Positions 18,404-27,867 of a DNA stretch of 64,000 nt are shown piece by piece; positions within the stretch are counted from its first letter, which is position 1; each line of letters starts with the position of its first letter. This DNA is from Clostridiales bacterium (GTDB lineage: Bacteria > Bacillota > Clostridia > Christensenellales > CAG-314). Made by a program: the position numbers and the translations under genes. Where the stretch lies: positions 292,371 through 356,370 of the forward strand of contig JAFLVK010000001.1 of NCBI GenBank assembly GCA_022508345.1, written 5' to 3'. The notes beneath the pieces are model-generated. The model was not told the origin of the DNA, made no database searches, and saw nothing but the letters and a program-made list of their open reading frames with translations.

Positions 18404-19340
18404 AGTCTTCCTGTGTAAAATTGATTAGACACACTTCACGGCGAGCTTGCACTCCGAAGCGTTCGGCAATGGTTCGCTCCACGTGTTGCATAACTAAGTA
18501 TATATCTTTTGAGCTGGCTTTGTCAATGTTTAAAATAAAGCCTGCGTGTTTGTCCGACACCTGTGCACCGCCAACTGTGTACCCCTTTAGCCCTGCCTGG
18601 TCCGTCAGTCGGGATATGCTTACGCTGTCGTGGTACAGCATACACCCTGCCGAACGGAAGTTGAGCGGTTGTGCTTGCGCTTTCTGCCTGCGCATTTGTA
18701 CAGAGCGCTGCTTTACTTCCTCAGGCGTACTGCGCGCGCACTTGAGCGTGACTGCCAGCACCGTGTAGCTGTCATCTTGCTTGAAAATGCTGTTGCGCTT
18801 GGACAGCTTGCACTGCTCAGCGGACAGCTTGCGTATTTTGCCCTTGTGCAATACGGTAACGCTATGCAATATGCCCTTTACATCCTGATTGTAGCACCCT
18901 GCGTTAGTAACTGTTGCTCCGCCAATGGTAGCAGGTAGACAGGACAGAAATTCTCCGCCCGTCAAGCCCCACTTTTCCGTTTCCTTGTACAGTTTCAGCG
19001 TAGATGTGCCTGCTAAAGCGTAAATTTTCACCCCATGTACACTAATTTTCGACATTTTGGTAGTTACAATCACTACTCCGTCGAAATTGCTGTCCGACGC
19101 CAGCACGTTACTGCCCTTGCCTAGAATGCAATGCTTGACGTTGAGCTTGCACAGCAGTCGCACAGCCTTTACAAGCTTGCGTACCGTGTCGGGATATACG
19201 GTAATCTTGATTGTACCCCCTGCGCCCAAAGTTGTCAACTCACTGAACGTCTTGTCCAGGTAAGTTTCCACGCAATATTTTTTCATTTTTGCAAGCACTT
19301 GCTCGTAAATTTTTTCACTCATATTGACTGTTGACATCAC
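18381..19340 (-). CDS. murB: UDP-N-acetylenolpyruvoylglucosamine reductase
   Basis: FAD-binding TLGAGGT ... ILGKGSNVL and C-terminal MurB domain (GGAQVSDKHAGFILN). Confidence 0.9.
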   Translation of the reverse strand: MMSTVNMSEKIYEQVLAKMKKYCVETYLDKTFSELTTLGAGGTIKITVYPDTVRKLVKAVRLLCKLNVKHCILGKGSNVLASDSNFDGVVIVTTKMSKISVHGVKIYALAGTSTLKLYKETEKWGLTGGEFLSCLPATIGGATVTNAGCYNQDVKGILHSVTVLHKGKIRKLSAEQCKLSKRNSIFKQDDSYTVLAVTLKCARSTPEEVKQRSVQMRRQKAQAQPLNFRSAGCMLYHDSVSISRLTDQAGLKGYTVGGAQVSDKHAGFILNIDKASSKDIYLVMQHVERTIAERFGVQARREVCLINFTQEDYDLFAKC

Positions 19341-20497
19341 ATGTTTAGCGTTGCGCGAGCCATTTCACGTTGACGGGTGATTGCACTGGCATCTCCGAAC
19401 ACATTGGGGACATACGCCGTAGCTAGCAATTGTTCGCACTCTCTGTATCTATCCGAGGTGTAGAATGTTGTTTCAAGCACGGAAAACATGGACAGGTTGC
19501 ACAGAGTGGACTGCGTTGACTCGGACAAGAGGTAACTGATGTATTCCTCACATGCCGTTGCCTTATCGCCTGCTGTTGTCGATACGCCGATGTACTGCAC
19601 CAAATCGGTGTAGCCACCAAGCGCCGCAAAACCCAGCTGTTCAATCTTGCCATTGCTTTCCTTTTGCGACAGACGGTAAATGTCGCGTTGCGTTCCAAGT
19701 AGCGTTACCGCCGTGCGGTTAGCTACAAACTTTTCGTACGCCTGGTACTGTGTGGTGCTTTCCGCTATTCCGCTGACCTTGCCCTTTCCACCCGACATCG
19801 CCAGCGCCGACAGCGGACTGTTGTACGGAGTAAAACCGCACACAAGGGGTTGCAATTCCACTGTGGTTTTGCCCACCTTGCGCGTGTAGGTTTGTGTCAG
19901 TGCGTTAGTTAGCAGTTGCTCGGCGGATAGCTGCTCAACACGGGCAAACAGACAGTACGCGCCGGAATACAGTGGCATGGCGTATTGCTTGCCGTCCATT
20001 TGCGCAGAAAGAAGAAAGTTCTCCATGACAAAGCCCATATTTTTCGAAATGGGCGCTAGCCTTTCCTGAATTACACTACCTGCCCCGCGTGAAAAGCATA
20101 TCAAGTCGAACTGTTCGTCATTCAGTAGCTTTGTTTGGAGCTGCTCAACGGTTAGCGTAGTGACGTGAACAAATAGCCCAGCGTTTGCTTGCTCGAACTT
20201 CGCCGCTTTGTTAATCAGCCACGCCTCACGGCTGCCAATGCCCCCTTCAAACGTCTCCACGTTCCACAGCTCCAACACACCCTTGTAGCCAACGGGTGCT
20301 TGCTGCTGCGGAGTTACGGGAAGCTGTGGCAATGCCCAAACAAGTGCAACCGCACACACCAGTACAACCAGCACAATGGGCAAAATTACAATTTTTTTGC
20401 GTTTTTTTACCCCGGTTTCACCCGCTTGCATTGTTGAGGCGTTGGTTTCGACCTTGTTGTCTTTTTTGCGCTGTTTGATTATCTTCAATTTCTTCAT
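19337..20497 (-). CDS. Membrane-anchored solute-binding-protein-like hypothetical
   Basis: N-terminal basic region plus a TM helix. The remainder looks like a type-2 periplasmic-binding fold (LELWNVETFEGG ... FDLICFSRGAG). 4-nt overlap with the murB start. Confidence 0.4.
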   Translation of the reverse strand: MKKLKIIKQRKKDNKVETNASTMQAGETGVKKRKKIVILPIVLVVLVCAVALVWALPQLPVTPQQQAPVGYKGVLELWNVETFEGGIGSREAWLINKAAKFEQANAGLFVHVTTLTVEQLQTKLLNDEQFDLICFSRGAGSVIQERLAPISKNMGFVMENFLLSAQMDGKQYAMPLYSGAYCLFARVEQLSAEQLLTNALTQTYTRKVGKTTVELQPLVCGFTPYNSPLSALAMSGGKGKVSGIAESTTQYQAYEKFVANRTAVTLLGTQRDIYRLSQKESNGKIEQLGFAALGGYTDLVQYIGVSTTAGDKATACEEYISYLLSESTQSTLCNLSMFSVLETTFYTSDRYRECEQLLATAYVPNVFGDASAITRQREMARATLNM

Positions 20498-20559
20498 TGC
20501 TTTTGCTCCTTACATTGTTAACAGTAAATTGTACAAAAGCAAAAAGGCAAAATTGCATA

Positions 20560-20588
20560 TTTACAAAGCACTTTTTTTCATATATAAT
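20560..20588 (+). promoter_or_regulatory. Sigma-A-type promoter for the MFS gene
   Basis: TTTACA, 17-nt spacer, TATAAT. Confidence 0.55.
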
Positions 20589-20607
20589 GTAAAAAAAGGA
20601 GAAAAAT

Positions 20608-22362
20608 ATGAAATTAAACTACAAACGCACATTGCTTGTAGGCTTCGCTTTCTTTTTGATAAGCGCATTCTGGCAGGCATACGACACTATCATTCCCCTT
20701 ATGCTTACCAACAGGTTCGGTCTGGACCAAACTTGGTCGGGCGTAATCATGTCGTTGGACAACATCTTGGCGCTGTTTATGCTACCGCTGTTTGGGGCGC
20801 TTTCCGACAAAAAGGACACACGCTTCGGCAAGCGCACACCATTCATTGTAATTGGCGCGGTTGCAGCCATTGTGTGCTTTGTTGGATTGACCTTTGCCGA
20901 CAACGCGCAACTTAACAAGGTGATGGCAAGCGGCGCAGATACCTACTGGGAACAAAACTACGAGGTGGAAAACAGAGAATACAACAGCATCACCAACAAT
21001 GGCGTTGAACAGAAATACACCGTGCGCGACTACGCTGCAAAGGTAAAATACAACAAGCTGTACGACGAGCTTACTGCAAACGAAAAGACAGAGCTTGAAG
21101 CTTGGTACAAGGACAACCTGGATGCCAACACCACTTACGTTTACACAAAACCCGACAAGGACAAGGGCATTGAGGAAAGTTATAAGCTGGTAACTGTCGA
21201 TGCAGAGGGCAACAAGGTATTTGCCGATAGCGGAGATGCAATTGGCAAGGCGCTTACCACCAACGCGTATTCGTCGCTTGTGTCCGACGCTAGGGCGCAA
21301 TTTGCAAAGACGGTTACCGCAACCAACTGGTGGGTGCTGCTAATCTTTATCGTAGTGCTATTGATGGTGCTTATATCCATGGCGACATTCCGCTCACCCG
21401 CTGTGGCTCTGATGCCTGACGTAACAGTAAAGCCGCTGCGTAGCAAGGGTAACGCGATTATCAATTTGATGGGTACTGCAGGTGGAATTTTGGTACTGCT
21501 ACTTGGCATGATATTCGACACCAGCGCAGTGAAAAACCAAATGATGAGCTACACTTGGTTTGTGTTTGCAGTGTGCGGCATCATGCTGGCTGCGCTTATC
21601 GTATTTATATTTACCGTAAAGGAAAAGAAATGGAATGCCGAAATGCTTGAGGCTCAGGCTATCCTGGACGAAGAGGAAAATGCAAAGGAACAGGACGTTT
21701 CAACGGATGCTGAAGCGGACAAGCCCAAGGCTAAGGACAAATTGCCCAAGGACAAGCTTGTATCACTCATATTGATATTGGCATCTGTAGCATTGTGGTT
21801 TACGGGTTACAACGCTATTACCAGCAAATACAGTGTGTATTCGTTGAACGTACTGAACAAGAGCTACAACACCACTCTGTTAATTGCTCAGGCGGCAGCA
21901 GTAATTTCCTACATTCCCGTTGGTATCATTGCCAGCAAAATCGGACGTAAGAAGTCCATACTTATTGGCGTAGGACTGTTAACCGTTGCATTTGGCGGTG
22001 CAATATTTATCAATGCTTCCACCCCGGGTTGGATAATGTACATACTGTTTGCATTGGCTGGCATTGCTTGGGCAACGATAAACGTCAACAGCTTCCCGAT
22101 GGTTGTGGAACTGAGCAAGGGTGGCAACGTAGGACAATACACAGGCTACTACTACACCGCAAGCATGGCGGCGCAGGTTATTACACCTATTCTGTCCGGT
22201 GCGTTGATGGATGCATTCGGATCGATGTCTGTGCTGTTCCCCTACGCATCGATATTTGTTGCAATGTCGTTTGTGACCATGCTATTTGTAAAGCACGGCG
22301 ACAGCAAGCCCGAAGCACCCAAGGATAAGATGGAGATGCTTGCCGGCGCCGATGACGACTAA
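20608..22362 (+). CDS. MFS/GPH-like transporter with a large loop insertion
   Basis: MFS signature GALSDKKDTRFGKRTPF after TM2 and about 12 hydrophobic segments. A hydrophilic block of about 145 aa spans aa 97-240. Confidence 0.8.
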   Translation: MKLNYKRTLLVGFAFFLISAFWQAYDTIIPLMLTNRFGLDQTWSGVIMSLDNILALFMLPLFGALSDKKDTRFGKRTPFIVIGAVAAIVCFVGLTFADNAQLNKVMASGADTYWEQNYEVENREYNSITNNGVEQKYTVRDYAAKVKYNKLYDELTANEKTELEAWYKDNLDANTTYVYTKPDKDKGIEESYKLVTVDAEGNKVFADSGDAIGKALTTNAYSSLVSDARAQFAKTVTATNWWVLLIFIVVLLMVLISMATFRSPAVALMPDVTVKPLRSKGNAIINLMGTAGGILVLLLGMIFDTSAVKNQMMSYTWFVFAVCGIMLAALIVFIFTVKEKKWNAEMLEAQAILDEEENAKEQDVSTDAEADKPKAKDKLPKDKLVSLILILASVALWFTGYNAITSKYSVYSLNVLNKSYNTTLLIAQAAAVISYIPVGIIASKIGRKKSILIGVGLLTVAFGGAIFINASTPGWIMYILFALAGIAWATINVNSFPMVVELSKGGNVGQYTGYYYTASMAAQVITPILSGALMDAFGSMSVLFPYASIFVAMSFVTMLFVKHGDSKPEAPKDKMEMLAGADDD

Positions 22363-22389
22363 TTTGAGCCCATTATAAACAACTAACAC

Positions 22390-22425
22390 AAAAAAGACTC
22401 TCATGTATTGTGAGAGTCTTTTTTC
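22390..22425. terminator. Bidirectional terminator between convergent genes
   Basis: agactctca-N7-tgagagtct flanked by an A-run and a T-run. Confidence 0.75.
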
Positions 22426-22438
22426 TTAATAAGCCTAA

Positions 22439-23257
22439 TTACAGCAAGTTCAACACGCGCGCGAATTCGATGCCGAAGCGGCGGTCGGTGCAGGAGGTTG
22501 TGCGCGCGGCTTTTTCTACAAAGTTTGCCGCTACCTGGGTTGAGGCAAGCAGGCTGTGTCCGTTGAGCAGTTCGCCCAGCACTACCGAGCTGAACACGTC
22601 GCCTGTACCCGAATAGGTAACTTCTACACGCTCGTTTGTGACAAAGTAACGGTTGGTGCCGTCAAGCACGATGTTGCCTATTAGCTTGCCACATTCAATA
22701 CCCGTGATAACTGCGCTTTTTGCGCCCGTTTTTGCAAGAAAATCGCCAAATATCTCACCGCAGGTTGCCAAGAACGTCGGTTCGTGCTTGTGGCTCACCA
22801 ACTGTTGATAGTCGATATCCGCAAGCAGGCACGCCTCGGTAAGATTGGGTGTGATACAGTGCGCATGCGGTACAAGGCGTTTCATGTTGTTTAAATACTC
22901 ACCGTCAAATACGGGGTACAGTGCGCCATTGTCGCCCATAATGGGGTCAACAAACAAATAGACGTCTTTGCTTGCAAATTCGCTCACAATGCCCGTCAAA
23001 GCCGTCAAAATACCGTTGTCGTTGCCGAATCCTACATATATTGCATCGGGCGTTCTGTTAGCAATCAATCGGTTGCAAAACTCCGCCACGCTGTCATTGC
23101 GTTGCGCCAAGAAATTACCAAAGCCCGTCTGAGACGAATAGCTTGCCGTCACCACCGGCATGCAGTAATGCCCCAGCTTGGTAAATATGGGCAGGTTCGC
23201 CGCCATTGAGCAATTACCCAACCCCGATATATCATTAAATATAAGTATATTTTTCAT
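22439..23257 (-). CDS. pdxK: Pyridoxal/pyridoxamine kinase (ribokinase superfamily)
   Basis: N-terminus ILIFNDISGLGNCSMAANLPIF and C-terminal GTGDVFSS anion-hole motif. Confidence 0.7.
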   Translation of the reverse strand: MKNILIFNDISGLGNCSMAANLPIFTKLGHYCMPVVTASYSSQTGFGNFLAQRNDSVAEFCNRLIANRTPDAIYVGFGNDNGILTALTGIVSEFASKDVYLFVDPIMGDNGALYPVFDGEYLNNMKRLVPHAHCITPNLTEACLLADIDYQQLVSHKHEPTFLATCGEIFGDFLAKTGAKSAVITGIECGKLIGNIVLDGTNRYFVTNERVEVTYSGTGDVFSSVVLGELLNGHSLLASTQVAANFVEKAARTTSCTDRRFGIEFARVLNLL

Positions 23258-23278
23258 AATTATTATTTTTCTTAACGC

Positions 23279-23836
23279 TTATTCCGTCTCAAGTTGGTCT
23301 GCTACGCCCACAAATATCCGCGTGGGAACAGCGCGCAGTATGAACCACACGGCAAAGCCGACAATTATACCTGCAACAACGCCCAGCAATGCAAGCCAGG
23401 GCATATAGGAAAACATTTCCGGCGTGTTACTGACAAGGCAGAACACAATGTTTTGCGTGAGGTTGTGCATAACAGCCGCCACCACCGAAATGGCAACAAT
23501 GCTTACCTTGGGGTAAATAAACTCCACCAATATTACCGATACAACAACGCTCACAAGCCCTGCTGTCAGGCTGTACATAATCGTGGATATGTTACCGGTA
23601 AATATGCTACCCAGCGTTGTGCGGATAACCACCAAAATTATCGCCTCGGTGGGTCCCAGCACGAAAAGCGTCAACAGCGAAAAGATGTTACTGAGCCCCA
23701 TTTTTGCACCGGGCAAAAACAATGGCGGAAACAGGCTTTCTACCATAAACATGATAAGCCCCATGGCGGTAAGCACGGCTAGCGTTGCCACCCGTCTTGC
23801 GGAAAAATATGAAGTTTTTTTGCGTAAATTTTTCAT
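23279..23836 (-). CDS. Gx transporter family membrane protein (heptaprenyl-diphosphate-synthase component I-like)
   Basis: 185 aa, five TM segments. LPGAKMGLSNIFSL ... VIRTTLGSIFTGN is typical of this family. Confidence 0.7.
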   Translation of the reverse strand: MKNLRKKTSYFSARRVATLAVLTAMGLIMFMVESLFPPLFLPGAKMGLSNIFSLLTLFVLGPTEAIILVVIRTTLGSIFTGNISTIMYSLTAGLVSVVVSVILVEFIYPKVSIVAISVVAAVMHNLTQNIVFCLVSNTPEMFSYMPWLALLGVVAGIIVGFAVWFILRAVPTRIFVGVADQLETE

Positions 23837-23837
23837 A

Positions 23838-25898
23838 CTACTCCGTTACAATCTTTAAGCGATTGGGGCTACACACTATTGCGCCGCCCGAGCGTGTAAT
23901 TGACGGGAAGTTGCGTACGCAATCCTTGTGGAAGCCGCAGATAGAGTCAATCATTTGCACTGACGGATTTCTTCCGCGCACAATCTTCATTTTGTTGAAA
24001 TGCTCTTCACCTTTAATTTCCCGTGTTAGCGTTATTTCCACGCCGTTATCCTTGTTCTCCACTTGTATGGTCCAGCCGTTGCTGTTAGCATCATTAACGG
24101 AATATTCGCCCCTGGTTACGTTGTACACCACAAGTGTTTCGCCCGTTTCGTCGTCGATGACATTTACTATCTGCAGTTGCGTGCTGTCCGTATCGAAAAC
24201 AAACACCGCAAACAGCACAAGTATCAACAGTACCACAATGAGATACACCATTACGTCCAGCACCTTGAAGGGCTTGTCCTTCTTGGCATTTTGTACGTTG
24301 CTAACAACACGCTTTTTGCCGCGCACAAAGTGATACACCACCAGCGCAATTGCCGCCGCACCCAATACTGAGCCCAACACTATCAATAGCACAGTGTACA
24401 CGTCAACGGGGTTGTCGAACTTGGCATTTGCGTCGTAATAAAACTTGCCGTTGCCGTCCTGCTTCAATGCCCAGCCAAACTCACTGTAGCTGTCGGACGC
24501 ACCCTGAACTTCGCCCTCGCTGTAGTTGGAAAGTAGCTGCTTTCTGCCGTCCAGCGTTTCGTACTGCACAACAATCTTGATACCCTTTCCCTGCAAATAA
24601 CCGTTTACAAAGTCCACTATCCTGTCACGCCCCATGACGGTGAGCGCGGTTGTAAGACAGTCTCCTTTAGTCGCCCAAAATTCGCCTGCTTCCTCGGGCA
24701 CAACCACCATAACGGAGCGCACACCCGTTTGTGCGGGCGCACCTGTTACGCCGTCCAGTATGTGCGCGTATTCAACGCCGTCCACGGTGTATTGGCGGAT
24801 ATTCTGTCCGCTTGTGGATATGCTTGCCTTGCCCACCTTTACATCGAACAGGGGCGTGGGAAACACCGCCGAAAGCGGGTCAAATGCGTTGGACATACTG
24901 AGCGTTGTTTCCTTGCCGTCGTACCCCCAGCCGAATGCCATGCTGCTGCTTCCCGCGTCTACGTTGAAGCAGTCGATGCCGTAATCGCGGTAATTGGCAA
25001 TCATTTGGCGTGCAATGTCTACGGCATACCCCTTGGCAATGCCGCCAAGGTCTATCCACTGCTCGTAAAGCTCGTCACCGTTGTCGCCTTGCACAACAGC
25101 AGGGGCTACGTTTTTGGTAACGTAATATTTGTCGTTGATTTGCTCTAACGTAACCGACTTTTGCGAAAAATCTGTAAAAGCGGGGTTAGAAAATGCATCA
25201 ATATACTTTTCATCGGGCAAAGGGTAACCGTTTCCGAAAAATTCGTCCGCCGTCACTACCCTGTCGTATTTCAAGCCGAAATTACCCTGCGAATAGATAC
25301 GAGAGGAAAATCCCCACAAGTCCACCAAGCGGTAAACGGCAGGATTGAATGCGCCGCCAGTTACGTCGTACATTTCGCGTGCTAAGCTTAGCATTTGGTA
25401 GGTATCTTGCGATATTTCCATTGTGTCGCCATGCTTTGCCTGGTTGTAACGGTACACGTCCGACGTCGGATAGGTGTAGTCGCCCACCGTCCTGCCGTCG
25501 TAAGTTGTGTTTGCGTAGCCGTCCACTCTGTCTATCATTTGGCTGATATCGGAAAAAAGCTCAACAAGGTCTTTGCGCGTTTCAATTTGCTCTTTGCTCA
25601 ATTTGCTTTCGTCTTCGCCGATGCTGAAATCTATTGCAAGCTTACCCGACGAATACACGTCCGCCATTACCGGTATGCCGCTTTCGCCAAAGTAGTAGCC
25701 GCTAAACCGCACGCCGACCACATTGCCATGTCCGTCTGTGATAGACACCAATGTTACCGTTCGGTTGCCTGCGTCAAAGCTGTAGCTCATTTTCCCCGTT
25801 TCGGCATGTGCAAAATTGCCGTTTGAAAAACTCAAACAGCCTACTGCTACGCTTAACAGCAAAGCTACTATCACAATGGCTCCAAATAGTCGTTTCAT
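23838..25898 (-). CDS. Lipoprotein ApbE-type FAD:protein FMN transferase fused via two TM helices to a NusG domain II
   Basis: Lipobox LSVAVGC; ApbE motifs GGAFNPAVYRLVDLWGF and GIAKGYAVD; two TM helices; C-terminal NusG_II-like domain (IVRGRN ... CSPNRLKIV). Start set at MKRLFG, so the upstream TTG extension in the track is doubtful. Confidence 0.8.
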   Translation of the reverse strand: MKRLFGAIVIVALLLSVAVGCLSFSNGNFAHAETGKMSYSFDAGNRTVTLVSITDGHGNVVGVRFSGYYFGESGIPVMADVYSSGKLAIDFSIGEDESKLSKEQIETRKDLVELFSDISQMIDRVDGYANTTYDGRTVGDYTYPTSDVYRYNQAKHGDTMEISQDTYQMLSLAREMYDVTGGAFNPAVYRLVDLWGFSSRIYSQGNFGLKYDRVVTADEFFGNGYPLPDEKYIDAFSNPAFTDFSQKSVTLEQINDKYYVTKNVAPAVVQGDNGDELYEQWIDLGGIAKGYAVDIARQMIANYRDYGIDCFNVDAGSSSMAFGWGYDGKETTLSMSNAFDPLSAVFPTPLFDVKVGKASISTSGQNIRQYTVDGVEYAHILDGVTGAPAQTGVRSVMVVVPEEAGEFWATKGDCLTTALTVMGRDRIVDFVNGYLQGKGIKIVVQYETLDGRKQLLSNYSEGEVQGASDSYSEFGWALKQDGNGKFYYDANAKFDNPVDVYTVLLIVLGSVLGAAAIALVVYHFVRGKKRVVSNVQNAKKDKPFKVLDVMVYLIVVLLILVLFAVFVFDTDSTQLQIVNVIDDETGETLVVYNVTRGEYSVNDANSNGWTIQVENKDNGVEITLTREIKGEEHFNKMKIVRGRNPSVQMIDSICGFHKDCVRNFPSITRSGGAIVCSPNRLKIVTE

Positions 25899-26058
25899 AA
25901 CTAACAAATATTTTACTATATTTGTTGGTTTTTGGCAACACATCGCAAGTGAGGCAATTATTTTTATTTGCAAAGAAATTGTAACTATCCTTTCGGTTGA
26001 TAAATATGTAAATTTGCGTTATAATTTACACAAGACTAAACACAAAGGAGAATATTTT

Positions 26059-27036
26059 ATGTCTAAGTTCAAGGACGGAATAAAACAAGACACCGAAAAC
26101 CTCAAACGCAAGGTAAAAGCGATAAAACCGTCGCGCTGGATAATACTGTCAATTTTGCTGGTGGTAACGGTACTGTCTTACGTTTTCTACGGCTATATCT
26201 TTGGCGAAACAACGGACAAAAACGCTTGGTGCCACACTCCCAATACGGGCGTTGCACTGCTGGACCAGGTTTGCACCTATGTACCGGATGTTGTTAAATG
26301 CATACAGTCCGTTACAATACTGCTAATCATTGTAACTGCACTGTCACTTATTGCGTACAAAATATTTGGCAATACACAACGCGGCACCACAATCTACAGC
26401 TTGATAAAGAGCTTGTTGAACTGGGTAACGGCATTGGTAACAATAGTACTGATACTGGCAATCTTCGGCGTGGACACCACCGCACTGATTACAGGCGCAG
26501 GGGTTGTAACACTGGTTATCGGTCTTGGTATGCAATCACTCATTGCCGACATCGTTGCAGGCCTGTTCATTGTGTTTGAAAACTCCTTTAACGTAGGCGA
26601 CATCATTACCGTTGACGGATTCCGCGGCGAGGTTGTTGAAATAGGCATACGCACCACCAAGCTCAAAGCCGCAGGCAACGTGAAGATATTTAACAACAAC
26701 GCTATCCAAGGCGTACTGAATCAAAGCCTGGAGCCGTCACTTGTAAAAACGCTGATTGACGTGGAATACGGCGAAAAGCTGCCCGAAGTGGAACGCATAA
26801 TAAAGCAACACGTAGGCGACTTGAAAATTGCAGGCGCTGTTGACGCTGTCAGCTACGACGGAGTTGCATCGCTTGGTGCAAGCGGCGTAACGCTGCAATT
26901 TACATGCCACTGCAATGAGCCTGATATATTTGCAGTAAGCAGAGAATTGAACGCAGCAGTGAAAAACATGTTTGACGAAAACGGAATAGGTATCCCCTTC
27001 CCGCAAATTGTTGTTCACAATGGCGACAAAAAATAA
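26059..27036 (+). CDS. Mechanosensitive ion channel (MscS family)
   Basis: GAGVVTLVIGLGMQSLIADIVAGLFIVFENSFNVGDII is the pore-helix/beta-domain signature. Start at ATG 26059 follows AAAGGAG. Confidence 0.85.
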   Translation: MSKFKDGIKQDTENLKRKVKAIKPSRWIILSILLVVTVLSYVFYGYIFGETTDKNAWCHTPNTGVALLDQVCTYVPDVVKCIQSVTILLIIVTALSLIAYKIFGNTQRGTTIYSLIKSLLNWVTALVTIVLILAIFGVDTTALITGAGVVTLVIGLGMQSLIADIVAGLFIVFENSFNVGDIITVDGFRGEVVEIGIRTTKLKAAGNVKIFNNNAIQGVLNQSLEPSLVKTLIDVEYGEKLPEVERIIKQHVGDLKIAGAVDAVSYDGVASLGASGVTLQFTCHCNEPDIFAVSRELNAAVKNMFDENGIGIPFPQIVVHNGDKK

Positions 27037-27047
27037 TTGCAAAGACA

Positions 27048-27083
27048 CAAAAAAATCTCACTCGAATTCGAGTGAGATTTTTA
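27048..27083. terminator. Bidirectional terminator
   Basis: atctcactcg-N4-cgagtgagat flanked by an A-run and a T-run. Confidence 0.8.
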
Positions 27084-27108
27084 TTTAATCAATTGTTATT
27101 CGCTTCAA

Positions 27109-27627
27109 TTATGCGGGGATCTTGCTAAGAGCGTTTTGAACTGCAGCAATGATACGAGCGGCAGATTGTGTAGCGCCTGCAATAGCCCAGTTTGCTTTGT
27201 CAGCAACAGTTACTGTGTAGGAAGCTTCAGCTGTGTTGTCTGTTCCGGAAATCATTGTGATTTTGATAGCCTTTACTTCTTCAACAGTCTTACCTTCGAA
27301 CTTCGTAAGGAAATCGGGATAAGCAGCTTCTGTCTTTTCGTAACCAAGCATGAAACCAGCTTCGCCGGGTTTACCAGCTGCCCAGTCGGGATCGCGTTTT
27401 GTTGTACGAGTCCATGCGTCATAATCAACAAGTTCAACCTTGGTGATTACACCGTTATTAACGGTAACCTTAACTTTTACACCGTACATACTGGGATCGC
27501 CATTAGGATTGTACTTTACACCGTAGCTGCATTCGCCTTCGTATGTTTCGCCGCCGCAAGCAGCAAGAACAAGAACGAGAGACAAAGCCATTACTACTGC
27601 AAGAGCAATAACAATAAGTTTTTTCAT
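27109..27627 (-). CDS. FMN-binding-domain lipoprotein (probable ApbE substrate)
   Basis: Lipobox LVLAAC. GVKVKVTVNNGVITKVELVD and the flavinylation-type motif AIAGATQSA. Start at ATG 27627 follows AAGGAG. Confidence 0.7.
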   Translation of the reverse strand: MKKLIVIALAVVMALSLVLVLAACGGETYEGECSYGVKYNPNGDPSMYGVKVKVTVNNGVITKVELVDYDAWTRTTKRDPDWAAGKPGEAGFMLGYEKTEAAYPDFLTKFEGKTVEEVKAIKITMISGTDNTAEASYTVTVADKANWAIAGATQSAARIIAAVQNALSKIPA

Positions 27628-27827
27628 GTTTCTTTTCTCCTTCAAAAAATATATTTTTTGTTTTTAGAAATTTAGTTCACAAATTTCTGAGCGTATTATA
27701 TCACACAAAAATTATTTAGCCAACTTTTTTAATAGCATAGTTAAATAAATTTTTTGTAATAATTATATAAAATTTTTCTATATCTTATTTTTTCCATATT
27801 TTATGCAGCTTATAACGTGTTGGTGAC

Positions 27828-27855
27828 AAAAAAGCTCCCCCTTTTACAGGGGAGC
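27828..27855 (-). terminator. Terminator after proS
   Basis: gctcccc-N8-ggggagc with a U-run on the minus strand. Confidence 0.75.
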
Positions 27856-27867
27856 CTTGAATTTTTC

